From assembly GCA_964016885.1 (NCBI GenBank), contig CAXHJY010000713.1, positions 54,861 through 118,860 on the forward strand: a DNA stretch of 64,000 nucleotides, given 5' to 3'. This stretch comes from Eledone cirrhosa. Lineage: Eukaryota. Positions 1 through 12,916 of this stretch are shown in pieces. The stretch's first letter is position 1; every line of letters starts with the position of its first letter. A program made the position numbers and the translations under genes. The notes beneath the pieces are model-generated. The model saw only the letters and a program-made list of their open reading frames with translations, made no database searches and was not told where the DNA came from.

Positions 1-521
1 TGTAGTGAGTGGTACATATACCACATGTAGTAGTATATAAAAAACTGCTATATATACAGGACATGTGGTTGTTGGTGTATATTATAACTGTTTATAGTTA
101 TCAATTATATTCATACAAATCAATTATTCATTACAACAAATTACAATATATTTTAATCATTATCAACCATAATTAATTATTAATATTCTCTCTTACTAAT
201 AAATCATTCTAAATTATCATATACTAAATACCTGTAGATACCTGGATAAGACATAATCTGATTTCCCATGTATGTTGTAATGTTTTTCTCTGCCGATGAG
301 CAAGACGTCTTAAATACCTAATTCTGAAGACAAAGGTGTCTTAAAACATGTAACTCTGGTCAGTTCTTACTAAGACACAGATGTTGTAAGACCTCAAGAT
401 GTAAATCTATAATATAATTGATATGTATTCTACACCATCAGTATATTGTCAATTTTACACACTGACAGTAATTGGATGTTTATGTTTATAAGTCTTTGAA
501 ATATTTCGTCATACATCGGTT

Positions 522-627
522 GTCAGGAATGTCGAGTGGTCTAAGGCGCAAACCACAGGTGTAATACTTTGACCAGAACATTGAGTTTTCTGGTCCACTA
601 ATGTGGTTTCGAATGCAGCTTCTGACA
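522..627 (+). pseudogene. Degenerate tRNA-Leu-derived copy, unit 1 (spacer type A)
   Basis: GTCAGGAATGTCGAGTGGTCTAAGGCGCAAACCACAGGTGTAATACTTTGACCAGAACATTGAGTTTTCTGGTCCACTAATGTGGTTTCGAATGCAGCTTCTGACA is colinear with the gene including the intron. Anticodon destroyed, 6-bp deletion before the T loop, A/B boxes mutated, T7 trailer, ~125 bp of homologous 5' flank. Confidence 0.92.
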
Positions 628-1267
628 ATTTTTTTGCGTCCATTAAGACTTTATTTTGCTTGTGCAATTAAGAGTCATTTAAAACAAAACATTAACTTTA
701 ATTAATAAACGCTGCTTTTAAAATGAACATATCGCATTTCCAAACAATTTATTCAAATTAAGGCGCAATCTTTGAATTGGTCTCAAACTGGTGAGTTTTA
801 ACTAAGACAATGAGAGCTAAAACACCTCATGCTGATGACTGAAATGTCTTAATATACCTAATATTGTTCTGTTCTTGCTATAACTAAGACGTCTTAAGAC
901 ACTTAAGACGCATTAAAACACATAATACTGGGTAGACCTTGCTATAACTAAGACACCTAATGCTGGTTAGTCTTTACTATAAACAAGACGTATTAAAACA
1001 CACAATACTGGTCAGTCCTTACTATAATTAACACGTCTAAAGACACCTAATGATAGTCAGTCTTTACTATAACCAAGATGTATTAAAACACATACTACTG
1101 ATCAGCGCTTACTATAACCAATACATCTTAACACACTAAGCTGAAGGTGTAAACCTATAATTTATTTTATATCTATTCTACACCATACAGTATATTGTCC
1201 ATTTTACACACTGCCAGTAGTTGATGTTTATGTTCATGTCTTTGAAATAATTCGTTATACCGCAGTT

Positions 1268-1380
1268 GTCAGGATGGCCGAGCGGTCCAAGGCGCCAGAC
1301 TCAAGGTGTAGTACCTTATCCAGAACATTGAGTATTCTGGTCCACTAATGTGGGCGTGGGTTCGAATCCCACTTCTGACA
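1268..1380 (+). tRNA. tRNA-Leu(CAA), intron-containing, copy 1 (D-loop GGTCCAAG type)
   Basis: GTCAGGATGGCCGAGCGGTCCAAGGCGCCAGACTCAAG | 29-nt intron 1306-1334 | TTCTGGTCCACTAATGTGGGCGTGGGTTCGAATCCCACTTCTGACA. Acceptor stem GTCAGGA/TTCTGAC, anticodon CAA 1302-1304, long variable arm CCAC-TAAT-GTGG, A and B boxes intact, T5 terminator just downstream. Intron TTGAG can pair with CTCAA. Confidence 0.97.
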
Positions 1381-2186
1381 AATTTTTGTTTTATGTAATT
1401 CTTATATTTCTCTCAACATATTTTACCTCTCAAATATATACGTTTCTTGTTTATGTATTTATCAGAGTGATATTCAGTCTTACTTTAAATAATTATATAC
1501 AGAAACATGTGGTATCAGTTGTATATATGATAATTGGTTTTATATATGAAAACATTATATACACACAACATATATCTATATACATGGGTGATATGATACA
1601 GAGGACTTGTAGCTTATGTATATAAAAGCACCAGTTGTATTTTATGCTGTTCTACATGCTGGACATGTAGTGAGTGGTACATATACCACATGTAGTAGTA
1701 TATATAAAACTGCTATATATACAGGACATGTGGTTGTTGGTGTATATTATAACTGTTTATAGTTATCAATTATATTCATACAAATCAATTATTCATTACA
1801 ACAAATTACAATATATTTTAATCATTATCAACCATAATTAATTATTAATATTCTCTCTTACTAATAAATCATTCTAAATTATCATATACTAAATACCTGT
1901 AGATACCTGGATAAGACATAATCTGATTTCCCATGTATGTTGTAATGTTTTTCTCTGCCGATGAGCAAGACGTCTTAAATACCTAATTCTGAAGACAAAG
2001 GTCTTTTAAAACATGTAACTCTGGTCAGTTCTTACTAAGACACAGATGTTGTAAGACCTCAAGGTGTAAATCTATAATATAATTGATATGAATTCTACAC
2101 CATCAGTATATTGTAATTTTTACACACTGACAGTAATTGGATGTTTATGTTTATAAGTCTTTGAAATATTTCGTCATACATCGGTT

Positions 2187-2292
2187 GTCAGGATTGTCGA
2201 GTGGTCTAAGGCGCCAACCACAGGTGTAATACCTTGACCAGATCATTGAGTTTTCTGGTCCACTAATGTGGTTTCGAATGCAGCTTCTGACA
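2187..2292 (+). pseudogene. Degenerate tRNA-Leu copy, unit 2 (type B)
   Basis: GTCAGGATTGTC...GCGCCAACCAC...CCTTGACCAGATC variant. Confidence 0.9.
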
Positions 2293-2932
2293 ATTTTTTT
2301 GGGTCCATCAAGCCTTTATTTTGCTTGTGCAATTAAGAGTCATTTAAAACTAAACATTATGTTTAATTAATAAACGCTGCTTTTAAAATGAACATATCGC
2401 ACTTCGAAACAATTTATTCAAACTAAGGTGCAACCTTTGAATTTGTCTCATACTGGTGTGTTTTAACTAAGACAATGAGAGATAAAACACCTCATACTGA
2501 TGACTAAAATGTCATAATATACCTAATACTGGTCTGTTCTTGCTATAACTAAGACGTCTTAAGACACTTAAGACGCATTAAAACACATAAGACTGGGTAG
2601 ACCTTGCTATAACTAAGACACCTAATGTTGGTTAGTCTTTACTATAAACAAAACGTATTAAAACACACAATATTGGTCAGTCCTTGCTATAATTAACACG
2701 TCTTAAGACACCTAATGATAGTCAGTCTTTACTATAACCAAGATGTATTAAAACACATACTACTGATCAGCGCTTACTATAACCAATACATCTTAACACA
2801 CTAAGCTGAAGGTTTAAACCTATAATTTATTTTATATGTATTCTACACCATACAGTATATTGTCCATTTTACACACTGCCAGTAGTTGATGTTTATGTTC
2901 ATGTCTTTGAAATAATTCGTTATACCGCAGTT

Positions 2933-3045
2933 GTCAGGATGGCCGAGCGGTCTAAGGCGCCAGACTCAAGGTGTAGTACCTTAACCAGAACATTGAGTAT
3001 TCTGGTCCACTAATGTGGGCGTGGGTTCGAATCCCACTTCTGACA
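2933..3045 (+). tRNA. tRNA-Leu(CAA), intron, copy 2 (GGTCTAAG type)
   Basis: As copy 1. A 3-bp deletion shortens the trailer to ATTTGTTTT. Confidence 0.95.
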
Positions 3046-3848
3046 ATTTGTTTTATGTAATTCTTATATTTCTCTCAACATATTTTACCTCTCAAATATA
3101 TACGTTTCTTGTTTATGTATTTATCAGAGTGATATTCAGTCTTACTTTAAATAATTATATACAGAAACATGTGGTATCAGTTGTATATATGATAATTGGT
3201 TTTATATATGAAAACATTATATACACACAACATATATCTATATACATGGGTGATATGATACAGAGGACTTGTAGCTGATGTATATAAAAGCACCAGTTGT
3301 ATTTTATGCTGTTCTACATGCTGGACATGTAGTGAGTGGTACATATACCACATGTAGTAGTATATAAAAAACTGCTATATATACAGGACATGTGGTTGTT
3401 GGTGTATATTATAACTGTTTATAGTTAGCAATTATATTCATACAAATCAATTATTCATTACAACAAATTACAATATATTTTAATCATTATCAACCATAAT
3501 TAATTATTAATATTCTCTCTTACTAATAAATCATTCTAAATTATCATATACTAAATACCTGTAGATACCTGGATAAGACATAATCTGATTTCCCATGTAT
3601 GTTGTAATGTTTTTCTCTGCCGATGAGCAAGACGTCTTAAATACCTAATTCTGAAGACAAAGGTGTCTTAAAACATGTAACTCTGGTCAGTTCTTACTAA
3701 GACACAGATGTTGTAAGACCTCAAGATGTAAATCTATAATATAATTGATATGTATTCTACACCATCAGTATATTGTCAATTTTACACACTGACAGTAATT
3801 GGATGTTTATGTTTATAAGTCTTTGAAATATTTCGTCATACATCGGTT

Positions 3849-3954
3849 GTCAGGAATGTCGAGTGGTCTAAGGCGCAAACCACAGGTGTAATACTTTGAC
3901 CAGAACATTGAGTTTTCTGGTCCACTAATGTGGTTTCGAATGCAGCTTCTGACA
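3849..3954 (+). pseudogene. Degenerate tRNA-Leu copy, unit 3 (type A)
   Basis: As unit 1. Confidence 0.9.
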
Positions 3955-4594
3955 ATTTTTTTGAGTCCATTAAGACTTTATTTTGCTTGTGCAATTAAGA
4001 GTCATTTAAAACAAAACATTAACTTTAATTAATAAACGCTGCTTTTAAAATGAACATATCGCATTTCCAAACAATTTATTCAAATTAAGGCGCAATCTTT
4101 GAATTGGTCTCAAACTGGTGAGTTTTAACTAAGACAATGAGAGCTAAAACACCTCATGCTGATGACTGAAATGTCTTAATATACCTAATATTGTTCTGTT
4201 CTTGCTATAACTAAGACGTCTTAAGACACTTAAGACGCATTAAAACACATAATACTGGGTAGACCTTGCTATAACTAAGACACCTAATGCTGGTTAGTCT
4301 TTACTATAAACAAGACGTATTAAAACACACAATACTGGTCAGTCCTTACTATAATTAACACGTCTAAAGACACCTAATGATAGTCAGTCTTTACTATAAC
4401 CAAGATGTATTAAAACACATACTACTGATCAGCGCTTACTATAACCAATACATCTTAACACACTAAGCTGAAGGTGTAAACCTATAATTTATTTTATATG
4501 TATTCTACACCATACAGTATATTGTCCATTTTACACACTGCCAGTAGTTGATGTTTATGTTCATGTCTTTGAAATAATTCGTTATACCGCAGTT

Positions 4595-4707
4595 GTCAGG
4601 ATGGCCGAGCGGTCCAAGGCGCCAGACTCAAGGTGTAGTACCTTATCCAGAACATTGAGTATTCTGGTCCACTAATGTGGGCGTGGGTTCGAATCCCACT
4701 TCTGACA
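4595..4707 (+). tRNA. tRNA-Leu(CAA), intron, copy 3 (CC type)
   Basis: Same sequence as copy 1. Confidence 0.96.
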
Positions 4708-5513
4708 AATTTTTGTTTTATGTAATTCTTATATTTCTCTCAACATATTTTACCTCTCAAATATATACGTTTCTTGTTTATGTATTTATCAGAGTGATAT
4801 TCAGTCTTACTTTAAATAATTATATACAGAAACATGTGGTATCAGTTGTATATATGATAATTGGTTTTATATATGAAAACATTATATACACACAACATAT
4901 ATCTATATACATGGGTGATATGATACAGAGGACTTGTAGCTTATGTATATAAAAGCACCAGTTGTATTTTATGCTGTTCTACATGCTGGACATGTAGTGA
5001 GTGGTACATATACCACATGTAGTAGTATATATAAAACTGCTATATATACAGGACATGTGGTTGTTGGTGTATATTATAACTGTTTATAGTTATCAATTAT
5101 ATTCATACAAATCAATTATTCATTACAACAAATTACAATATATTTTAATCATTATCAACCATAATTAATTATTAATATTCTCTCTTACTAATAAATCATT
5201 CTAAATTATCATATACTAAATACCTGTAGATACCTGGATAAGACATAATCTGATTTCCCATGTATGTTGTAATGTTTTTCTCTGCCGATGAGCAAGACGT
5301 CTTAAATACCTAATTCTGAAGACAAAGGTCTTTTAAAACATGTAACTCTGGTCAGTTCTTACTAAGACACAGATGTTGTAAGACCTCAAGGTGTAAATCT
5401 ATAATATAATTGATATGAATTCTACACCATCAGTATATTGTAATTTTTACACACTGACAGTAATTGGATGTTTATGTTTATAAGTCTTTGAAATATTTCG
5501 TCATACATCGGTT

Positions 5514-5619
5514 GTCAGGATTGTCGAGTGGTCTAAGGCGCCAACCACAGGTGTAATACCTTGACCAGATCATTGAGTTTTCTGGTCCACTAATGTGGTT
5601 TCGAATGCAGCTTCTGACA
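5514..5619 (+). pseudogene. Degenerate tRNA-Leu copy, unit 4 (type B)
   Basis: As unit 2. Confidence 0.9.
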
Positions 5620-6259
5620 ATTTTTTTGGGTCCATCAAGCCTTTATTTTGCTTGTGCAATTAAGAGTCATTTAAAACTAAACATTATGTTTAATTAATAA
5701 ACGCTGCTTTTAAAATGAACATATCGCACTTCGAAACAATTTATTCAAACTAAGGTGCAACCTTTGAATTTGTCTCATACTGGTGTGTTTTAACTAAGAC
5801 AATGAGAGATAAAACACCTCATACTGATGACTAAAATGTCATAATATACCTAATACTGGTCTGTTCTTGCTATAACTAAGACGTCTTAAGACACTTAAGA
5901 CGCATTAAAACACATAAGACTGGGTAGACCTTGCTATAACTAAGACACCTAATGTTGGTTAGTCTTTACTATAAACAAAACGTATTAAAACACACAATAT
6001 TGGTCAGTCCTTGCTATAATTAACACGTCTTAAGACACCTAATGATAGTCAGTCTTTACTATAACCAAGATGTATTAAAACACATACTACTGATCAGCGC
6101 TTACTATAACCAATACATCTTAACACACTAAGCTGAAGGTTTAAACCTATAATTTATTTTATATGTATTCTACACCATACAGTATATTGTCCATTTTACA
6201 CACTGCCAGTAGTTGATGTTTATGTTCATGTCTTTGAAATAATTCGTTATACCGCAGTT

Positions 6260-6372
6260 GTCAGGATGGCCGAGCGGTCTAAGGCGCCAGACTCAAGGTG
6301 TAGTACCTTAACCAGAACATTGAGTATTCTGGTCCACTAATGTGGGCGTGGGTTCGAATCCCACTTCTGACA
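6260..6372 (+). tRNA. tRNA-Leu(CAA), intron, copy 4 (CT type)
   Basis: Same as copy 2, including the trailer deletion. Confidence 0.95.
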
Positions 6373-7175
6373 ATTTGTTTTATGTAATTCTTATATTTCT
6401 CTCAACATATTTTACCTCTCAAATATATACGTTTCTTGTTTATGTATTTATCAGAGTGATATTCAGTCTTACTTTAAATAATTATATACAGAAACATGTG
6501 GTATCAGTTGTATATATGATAATTGGTTTTATATATGAAAACATTATATACACACAACATATATCTATATACATGGGTGATATGATACAGAGGACTTGTA
6601 GCTGATGTATATAAAAGCACCAGTTGTATTTTATGCTGTTCTACATGCTGGACATGTAGTGAGTGGTACATATACCACATGTAGTAGTATATAAAAAACT
6701 GCTATATATACAGGACATGTGGTTGTTGGTGTATATTATAACTGTTTATAGTTAGCAATTATATTCATACAAATCAATTATTCATTACAACAAATTACAA
6801 TATATTTTAATCATTATCAACCATAATTAATTATTAATATTCTCTCTTACTAATAAATCATTCTAAATTATCATATACTAAATACCTGTAGATACCTGGA
6901 TAAGACATAATCTGATTTCCCATGTATGTTGTAATGTTTTTCTCTGCCGATGAGCAAGACGTCTTAAATACCTAATTCTGAAGACAAAGGTGTCTTAAAA
7001 CATGTAACTCTGGTCAGTTCTTACTAAGACACAGATGTTGTAAGACCTCAAGATGTAAATCTATAATATAATTGATATGTATTCTACACCATCAGTATAT
7101 TGTCAATTTTACACACTGACAGTAATTGGATGTTTATGTTTATAAGTCTTTGAAATATTTCGTCATACATCGGTT

Positions 7176-7281
7176 GTCAGGAATGTCGAGTGGTCTAAGG
7201 CGCAAACCACAGGTGTAATACTTTGACCAGAACATTGAGTTTTCTGGTCCACTAATGTGGTTTCGAATGCAGCTTCTGACA
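7176..7281 (+). pseudogene. Degenerate tRNA-Leu copy, unit 5 (type A)
   Basis: As unit 1. Confidence 0.9.
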
Positions 7282-7921
7282 ATTTTTTTGAGTCCATTAA
7301 GACTTTATTTTGCTTGTGCAATTAAGAGTCATTTAAAACAAAACATTAACTTTAATTAATAAACGCTGCTTTTAAAATGAACATATCGCATTTCCAAACA
7401 ATTTATTCAAATTAAGGCGCAATCTTTGAATTGGTCTCAAACTGGTGAGTTTTAACTAAGACAATGAGAGCTAAAACACCTCATGCTGATGACTGAAATG
7501 TCTTAATATACCTAATATTGTTCTGTTCTTGCTATAACTAAGACGTCTTAAGACACTTAAGACGCATTAAAACACATAATACTGGGTAGACCTTGCTATA
7601 ACTAAGACACCTAATGCTGGTTAGTCTTTACTATAAACAAGAAGTATTAAAACACACAATACTGGTCAGTCCTTACTATAATTAACACGTCTAAAGACAC
7701 CTAATGATAGTCAGTCTTTACTATAACCAAGATGTATTAAAACACATACTACTGATCAGCGCTTACTATAACCAATACATCTTAACACACTAAGCTGAAG
7801 GTGTAAACCTATAATTTATTTTATATCTATTCTACACCATACAGTATATTGTCCATTTTACACACTGCCAGTAGTTGATGTTTATGTTCATGTCTTTGAA
7901 ATAATTCGTTATACCGCAGTT

Positions 7922-8034
7922 GTCAGGATGGCCGAGCGGTCCAAGGCGCCAGACTCAAGGTGTAGTACCTTATCCAGAACATTGAGTATTCTGGTCCACT
8001 AATGTGGGCGTGGGTTCGAATCCCACTTCTGACA
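7922..8034 (+). tRNA. tRNA-Leu(CAA), intron, copy 5 (CC type)
   Basis: Same sequence as copy 1. Confidence 0.96.
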
Positions 8035-8840
8035 AATTTTTGTTTTATGTAATTCTTATATTTCTCTCAACATATTTTACCTCTCAAATATATACGTTTC
8101 TTGTTTATGTATTTATCAGAGTGATATTCAGTCTTACTTTAAATAATTATATACAGAAACATGTGGTATCAGTTGTATATATGATAATTGGTTTTATATA
8201 TGAAAACATTATATACACACAACATATATCTATATACATGGGTGATATGATACAGAGGACTTGTAGCTGATGTATATAAAAGCACCCGTTGTATTTTATG
8301 CTGTTCTACATGCTGGACATGTAGTGAGTGGTACATATACCACATGTAGTAGTATATATAAAACTGCTATATATACAGGACATGTGGTTGTTGGTGTATA
8401 TTATAACTGTTTATAGTTATCAATTATATTCATACAAATCAATTATTCATTACAACAAATTACAATATATTTTAATCATTATCAACCATAATTAATTATT
8501 AATATTCTCTCTTACTAATAAATCATTCTAAATTATCATATACTAAATACCTGTAGATACCTGGATAAGACATAATCTGATTTCCCATGTATGTTGTAAT
8601 GTTTTTCTCTGCCGATGAGCAAGACGTCTTAAATACCTAATTCTGAAGACAAAGGTGTCTTAAAACATGTAACTCTGGTCAGTTCTTACTAAGACACAGA
8701 TGTTGTAAGACCTCAAGATGTAAATCTATAATATAATTGATATGTATTCTACACCATCAGTATATTGTCAATTTTACACACTGACAGTAATTGGATGTTT
8801 ATGTTTATAAGTCTTTGAAATATTTCGTCATACATCGGTT

Positions 8841-8946
8841 GTCAGGAATGTCGAGTGGTCTAAGGCGCAAACCACAGGTGTAATACTTTGACCAGAACAT
8901 TGAGTTTTCTGGTCCACTAATGTGGTTGCGAATGCAGCTTCTGACA
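8841..8946 (+). pseudogene. Degenerate tRNA-Leu copy, unit 6 (type A, GGTTGCG variant)
   Basis: As unit 1, with T>G in the former T loop. Confidence 0.9.
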
Positions 8947-9586
8947 ATTTTTTTGCGTCCATTAAGACTTTATTTTGCTTGTGCAATTAAGAGTCATTTA
9001 AAACAAAACATTAACTTTAATTAATAAACGCTGCTTTTAAAATGAACATATCGCATTTCCAAACAATTTATTCAAATTAAGGCGCAATCTTTGAATTGGT
9101 CTCAAACTGGCGAGTTTTAACTAAGACAATGAGAGCTAAAACACCTCATGCTGATGACTGAAATGTCTTAATATACCTAATATTGTTCTGTTCTTGCTAT
9201 AACTAAGACGTCTTAAGACACTTAAGACGCATTAAAACACATAATACTGGGTAGACCTTGCTATAACTAAGACACCTAATGCTGGTTAGTCTTTACTATA
9301 AACAAGACGTATTAAAACACACAATACTGGTCAGTCCTTACTATAATTAACACGTCTAAAGACACCTAATGATAGTCAGTCTTTACTATAACCAAGATGT
9401 ATTAAAACACATACTACTGATCAGCGCTTACTATAACCAATACATCTTAACACACTAAGCTGAAGGTGTAAACCTATAATTTATTTTATATCTATTCTAC
9501 ACCATACAGTATATTGTCCATTTTACACACTGCCAGTAGTTGATGTTTATGTTCATGTCTTTGAAATAATTCGTTATACCGCAGTT

Positions 9587-9699
9587 GTCAGGATGGCCGA
9601 GCGGTCCAAGGCGCCAGACTCAAGGTGTAGTACCTTATCCAGAACATTGAGTATTCTGGTCCACTAATGTGGGCGTGGGTTCGAATCCCACTTCTGACA
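9587..9699 (+). tRNA. tRNA-Leu(CAA), intron, copy 6 (CC type)
   Basis: Same sequence as copy 1. Confidence 0.96.
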
Positions 9700-10505
9700 A
9701 ATTTTTGTTTTATGTAATTCTTATATTTCTCTCAACATATTTTACCTCTCAAATATATACGTTTCTTGTTTATGTATTTATCAGAGTGATATTCAGTCTT
9801 ACTTTAAATAATTATATACAGAAACATGTGGTATCAGTTGTATATATGATAATTGGTTTTATATATGAAAACATTATATACACACAACATATATCTATAT
9901 ACATGGGTGATATGATACAGAGGACTTGTAGCTGATGTATATAAAAGCACCAGTTGTATTTTATGCTGTTCTACATGCTGGACATGTAGTGAGTGGTACA
10001 TATACCACATGTAGTAGTATATAAAAAACTGCTATATATACAGGACATGTGGTTGTTGGTGTATATTATAACTGTTTATAGTTAGCAATTATATTCATAC
10101 AAATCAATTATTCATTACAACAAATTACAATATATTTTAATCATTATCAACCATAATTAATTATTAATATTCTCTCTTACTAATAAATCATTCTAAATTA
10201 TCATATACTAAATACCTGTAGATACCTGGATAAGACATAATCTGATTTCCCATGTATGTTGTAATGTTTTTCTCTGCCGATGAGCAAGACGTCTTAAATA
10301 CCTAATTCTGAAGACAAAGGTGTCTTAAAACATGTAACTCTGGTCAGTTCTTACTAAGACACAGATGTTGTAAGACCTCAAGATGTAAATCTATAATATA
10401 ATTGATATGTATTCTACACCATCAGTATATTGTCAATTTTACACACTGACAGTAATTGGATGTTTATGTTTATAAGTCTTTGAAATATTTCGTCATACAT
10501 CGGTT

Positions 10506-10611
10506 GTCAGGAATGTCGAGTGGTCTAAGGCGCAAACCACAGGTGTAATACTTTGACCAGAACATTGAGTTTTCTGGTCCACTAATGTGGTTTCGAATGC
10601 AGCTTCTGACA
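10506..10611 (+). pseudogene. Degenerate tRNA-Leu copy, unit 7 (type A)
   Basis: As unit 1. Confidence 0.9.
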
Positions 10612-11251
10612 ATTTTTTTGAGTCCATTAAGACTTTATTTTGCTTGTGCAATTAAGAGTCATTTAAAACAAAACATTAACTTTAATTAATAAACGCTGCT
10701 TTTAAAATGAACATATCGCATTTCCAAACAATTTATTCAAATTAAGGCGCAATCTTTGAATTGGTCTCAAACTGGTGAGTTTTAACTAAGACAATGAGAG
10801 CTAAAACACCTCATGCTGATGACTGAAATGTCTTAATATACCTAATATTGTTCTGTTCTTGCTATAACTAAGACGTCTTAAGACACTTAAGACGCATTAA
10901 AACACATAATACTGGGTAGACCTTGCTATAACTAAGACACCTAATGCTGGTTAGTCTTTACTATAAACAAGAAGTATTAAAACACACAATACTGGTCAGT
11001 CCTTACTATAATTAACACGTCTAAAGACACCTAATGATAGTCAGTCTTTACTATAACCAAGATGTATTAAAACACATACTACTGATCAGCGCTTACTATA
11101 ACCAATACATCTTAACACACTAAGCTGAAGGTGTAAACCTATAATTTATTTTATATCTATTCTACACCATACAGTATATTGTCCATTTTACACACTGCCA
11201 GTAGTTGATGTTTATGTTCATGTCTTTGAAATAATTCGTTATACCGCAGTT

Positions 11252-11364
11252 GTCAGGATGGCCGAGCGGTCCAAGGCGCCAGACTCAAGGTGTAGTACCT
11301 TATCCAGAACATTGAGTATTCTGGTCCACTAATGTGGGCGTGGGTTCGAATCCCACTTCTGACA
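11252..11364 (+). tRNA. tRNA-Leu(CAA), intron, copy 7 (CC type)
   Basis: Same sequence as copy 1. Confidence 0.96.
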
Positions 11365-12170
11365 AATTTTTGTTTTATGTAATTCTTATATTTCTCTCAA
11401 CATATTTTACCTCTCAAATATATACGTTTCTTGTTTATGTATTTATCAGAGTGATATTCAGTCTTACTTTAAATAATTATATACAGAAACATGTGGTATC
11501 AGTTGTATATATGATAATTGGTTTTATATATGAAAACATTATATACACACAACATATATCTATATACATGGGTGATATGATACAGAGGACTTGTAGCTGA
11601 TGTATATAAAAGCACCCGTTGTATTTTATGCTGTTCTACATGCTGGACATGTAGTGAGTGGTACATATACCACATGTAGTAGTATATATAAAACTGCTAT
11701 ATATACAGGACATGTGGTTGTTGGTGTATATTATAACTGTTTATAGTTATCAATTATATTCATACAAATCAATTATTCATTACAACAAATTACAATATAT
11801 TTTAATCATTATCAACCATAATTAATTATTAATATTCTCTCTTACTAATAAATCATTCTAAATTATCATATACTAAATACCTGTAGATACCTGGATAAGA
11901 CATAATCTGATTTCCCATGTATGTTGTAATGTTTTTCTCTGCCGATGAGCAAGACGTCTTAAATACCTAATTCTGAAGACAAAGGTGTCTTAAAACATGT
12001 AACTCTGGTCAGTTCTTACTAAGACACAGATGTTGTAAGACCTCAAGATGTAAATCTATAATATAATTGATATGTATTCTACACCATCAGTATATTGTCA
12101 ATTTTACACACTGACAGTAATTGGATGTTTATGTTTATAAGTCTTTGAAATATTTCGTCATACATCGGTT

Positions 12171-12276
12171 GTCAGGAATGTCGAGTGGTCTAAGGCGCAA
12201 ACCACAGGTGTAATACTTTGACCAGAACATTGAGTTTTCTGGTCCACTAATGTGGTTGCGAATGCAGCTTCTGACA
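12171..12276 (+). pseudogene. Degenerate tRNA-Leu copy, unit 8 (type A, GGTTGCG)
   Basis: As unit 6. Confidence 0.9.
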
Positions 12277-12916
12277 ATTTTTTTGCGTCCATTAAGACTT
12301 TATTTTGCTTGTGCAATTAAGAGTCATTTAAAACAAAACATTAACTTTAATTAATAAACGCTGCTTTTAAAATGAACATATCGCATTTCCAAACAATTTA
12401 TTCAAATTAAGGCGCAATCTTTGAATTGGTCTCAAACTGGTGAGTTTTAACTAAGACAATGAGAGCTAAAACACCTCATGCTGATGACTGAAATGTCTTA
12501 ATATACCTAATATTGTTCTGTTCTTGCTATAACTAAGACGTCTTAAGACACTTAAGTCGCATTAAAACACATAATACTGGGTAGACCTTGCTATAACTAA
12601 GACACCTAATGCTGGTTAGTCTTTACTATAAACAAGACGTATTAAAACACACAATACTGGTCAGTCCTTACTATAATTAACACGTCTAAAGACACCTAAT
12701 GATAGTCAGTCTTTACTATAACCAAGATGTATTAAAACACATACTACTGATCAGCGCTTACTATAACCAATACATCTTAACACACTAAGCTGAAGGTGTA
12801 AACCTATAATTTATTTTATATGTATTCTACACCATACAGTATATTGTCCATTTTACACACTGCCAGTAGTTGATGTTTATGTTCATGTCTTTGAAATAAT
12901 TCGTTATACCGCAGTT

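Noticed and set aside
800-1140. 45-bp repeats as a CRISPR array
   Set aside because: The monomers are contiguous with no unique spacers, there are no cas genes, and the context is eukaryotic.
1320-1340. Alternative anticodon (TGA/TTG) read from the intron hairpin, or a suppressor/Sec tRNA
   Set aside because: The loop is 9-11 nt and its position does not fit a cloverleaf. The exons match canonical eukaryotic tRNA-Leu(CAA) with a 37/38 intron.
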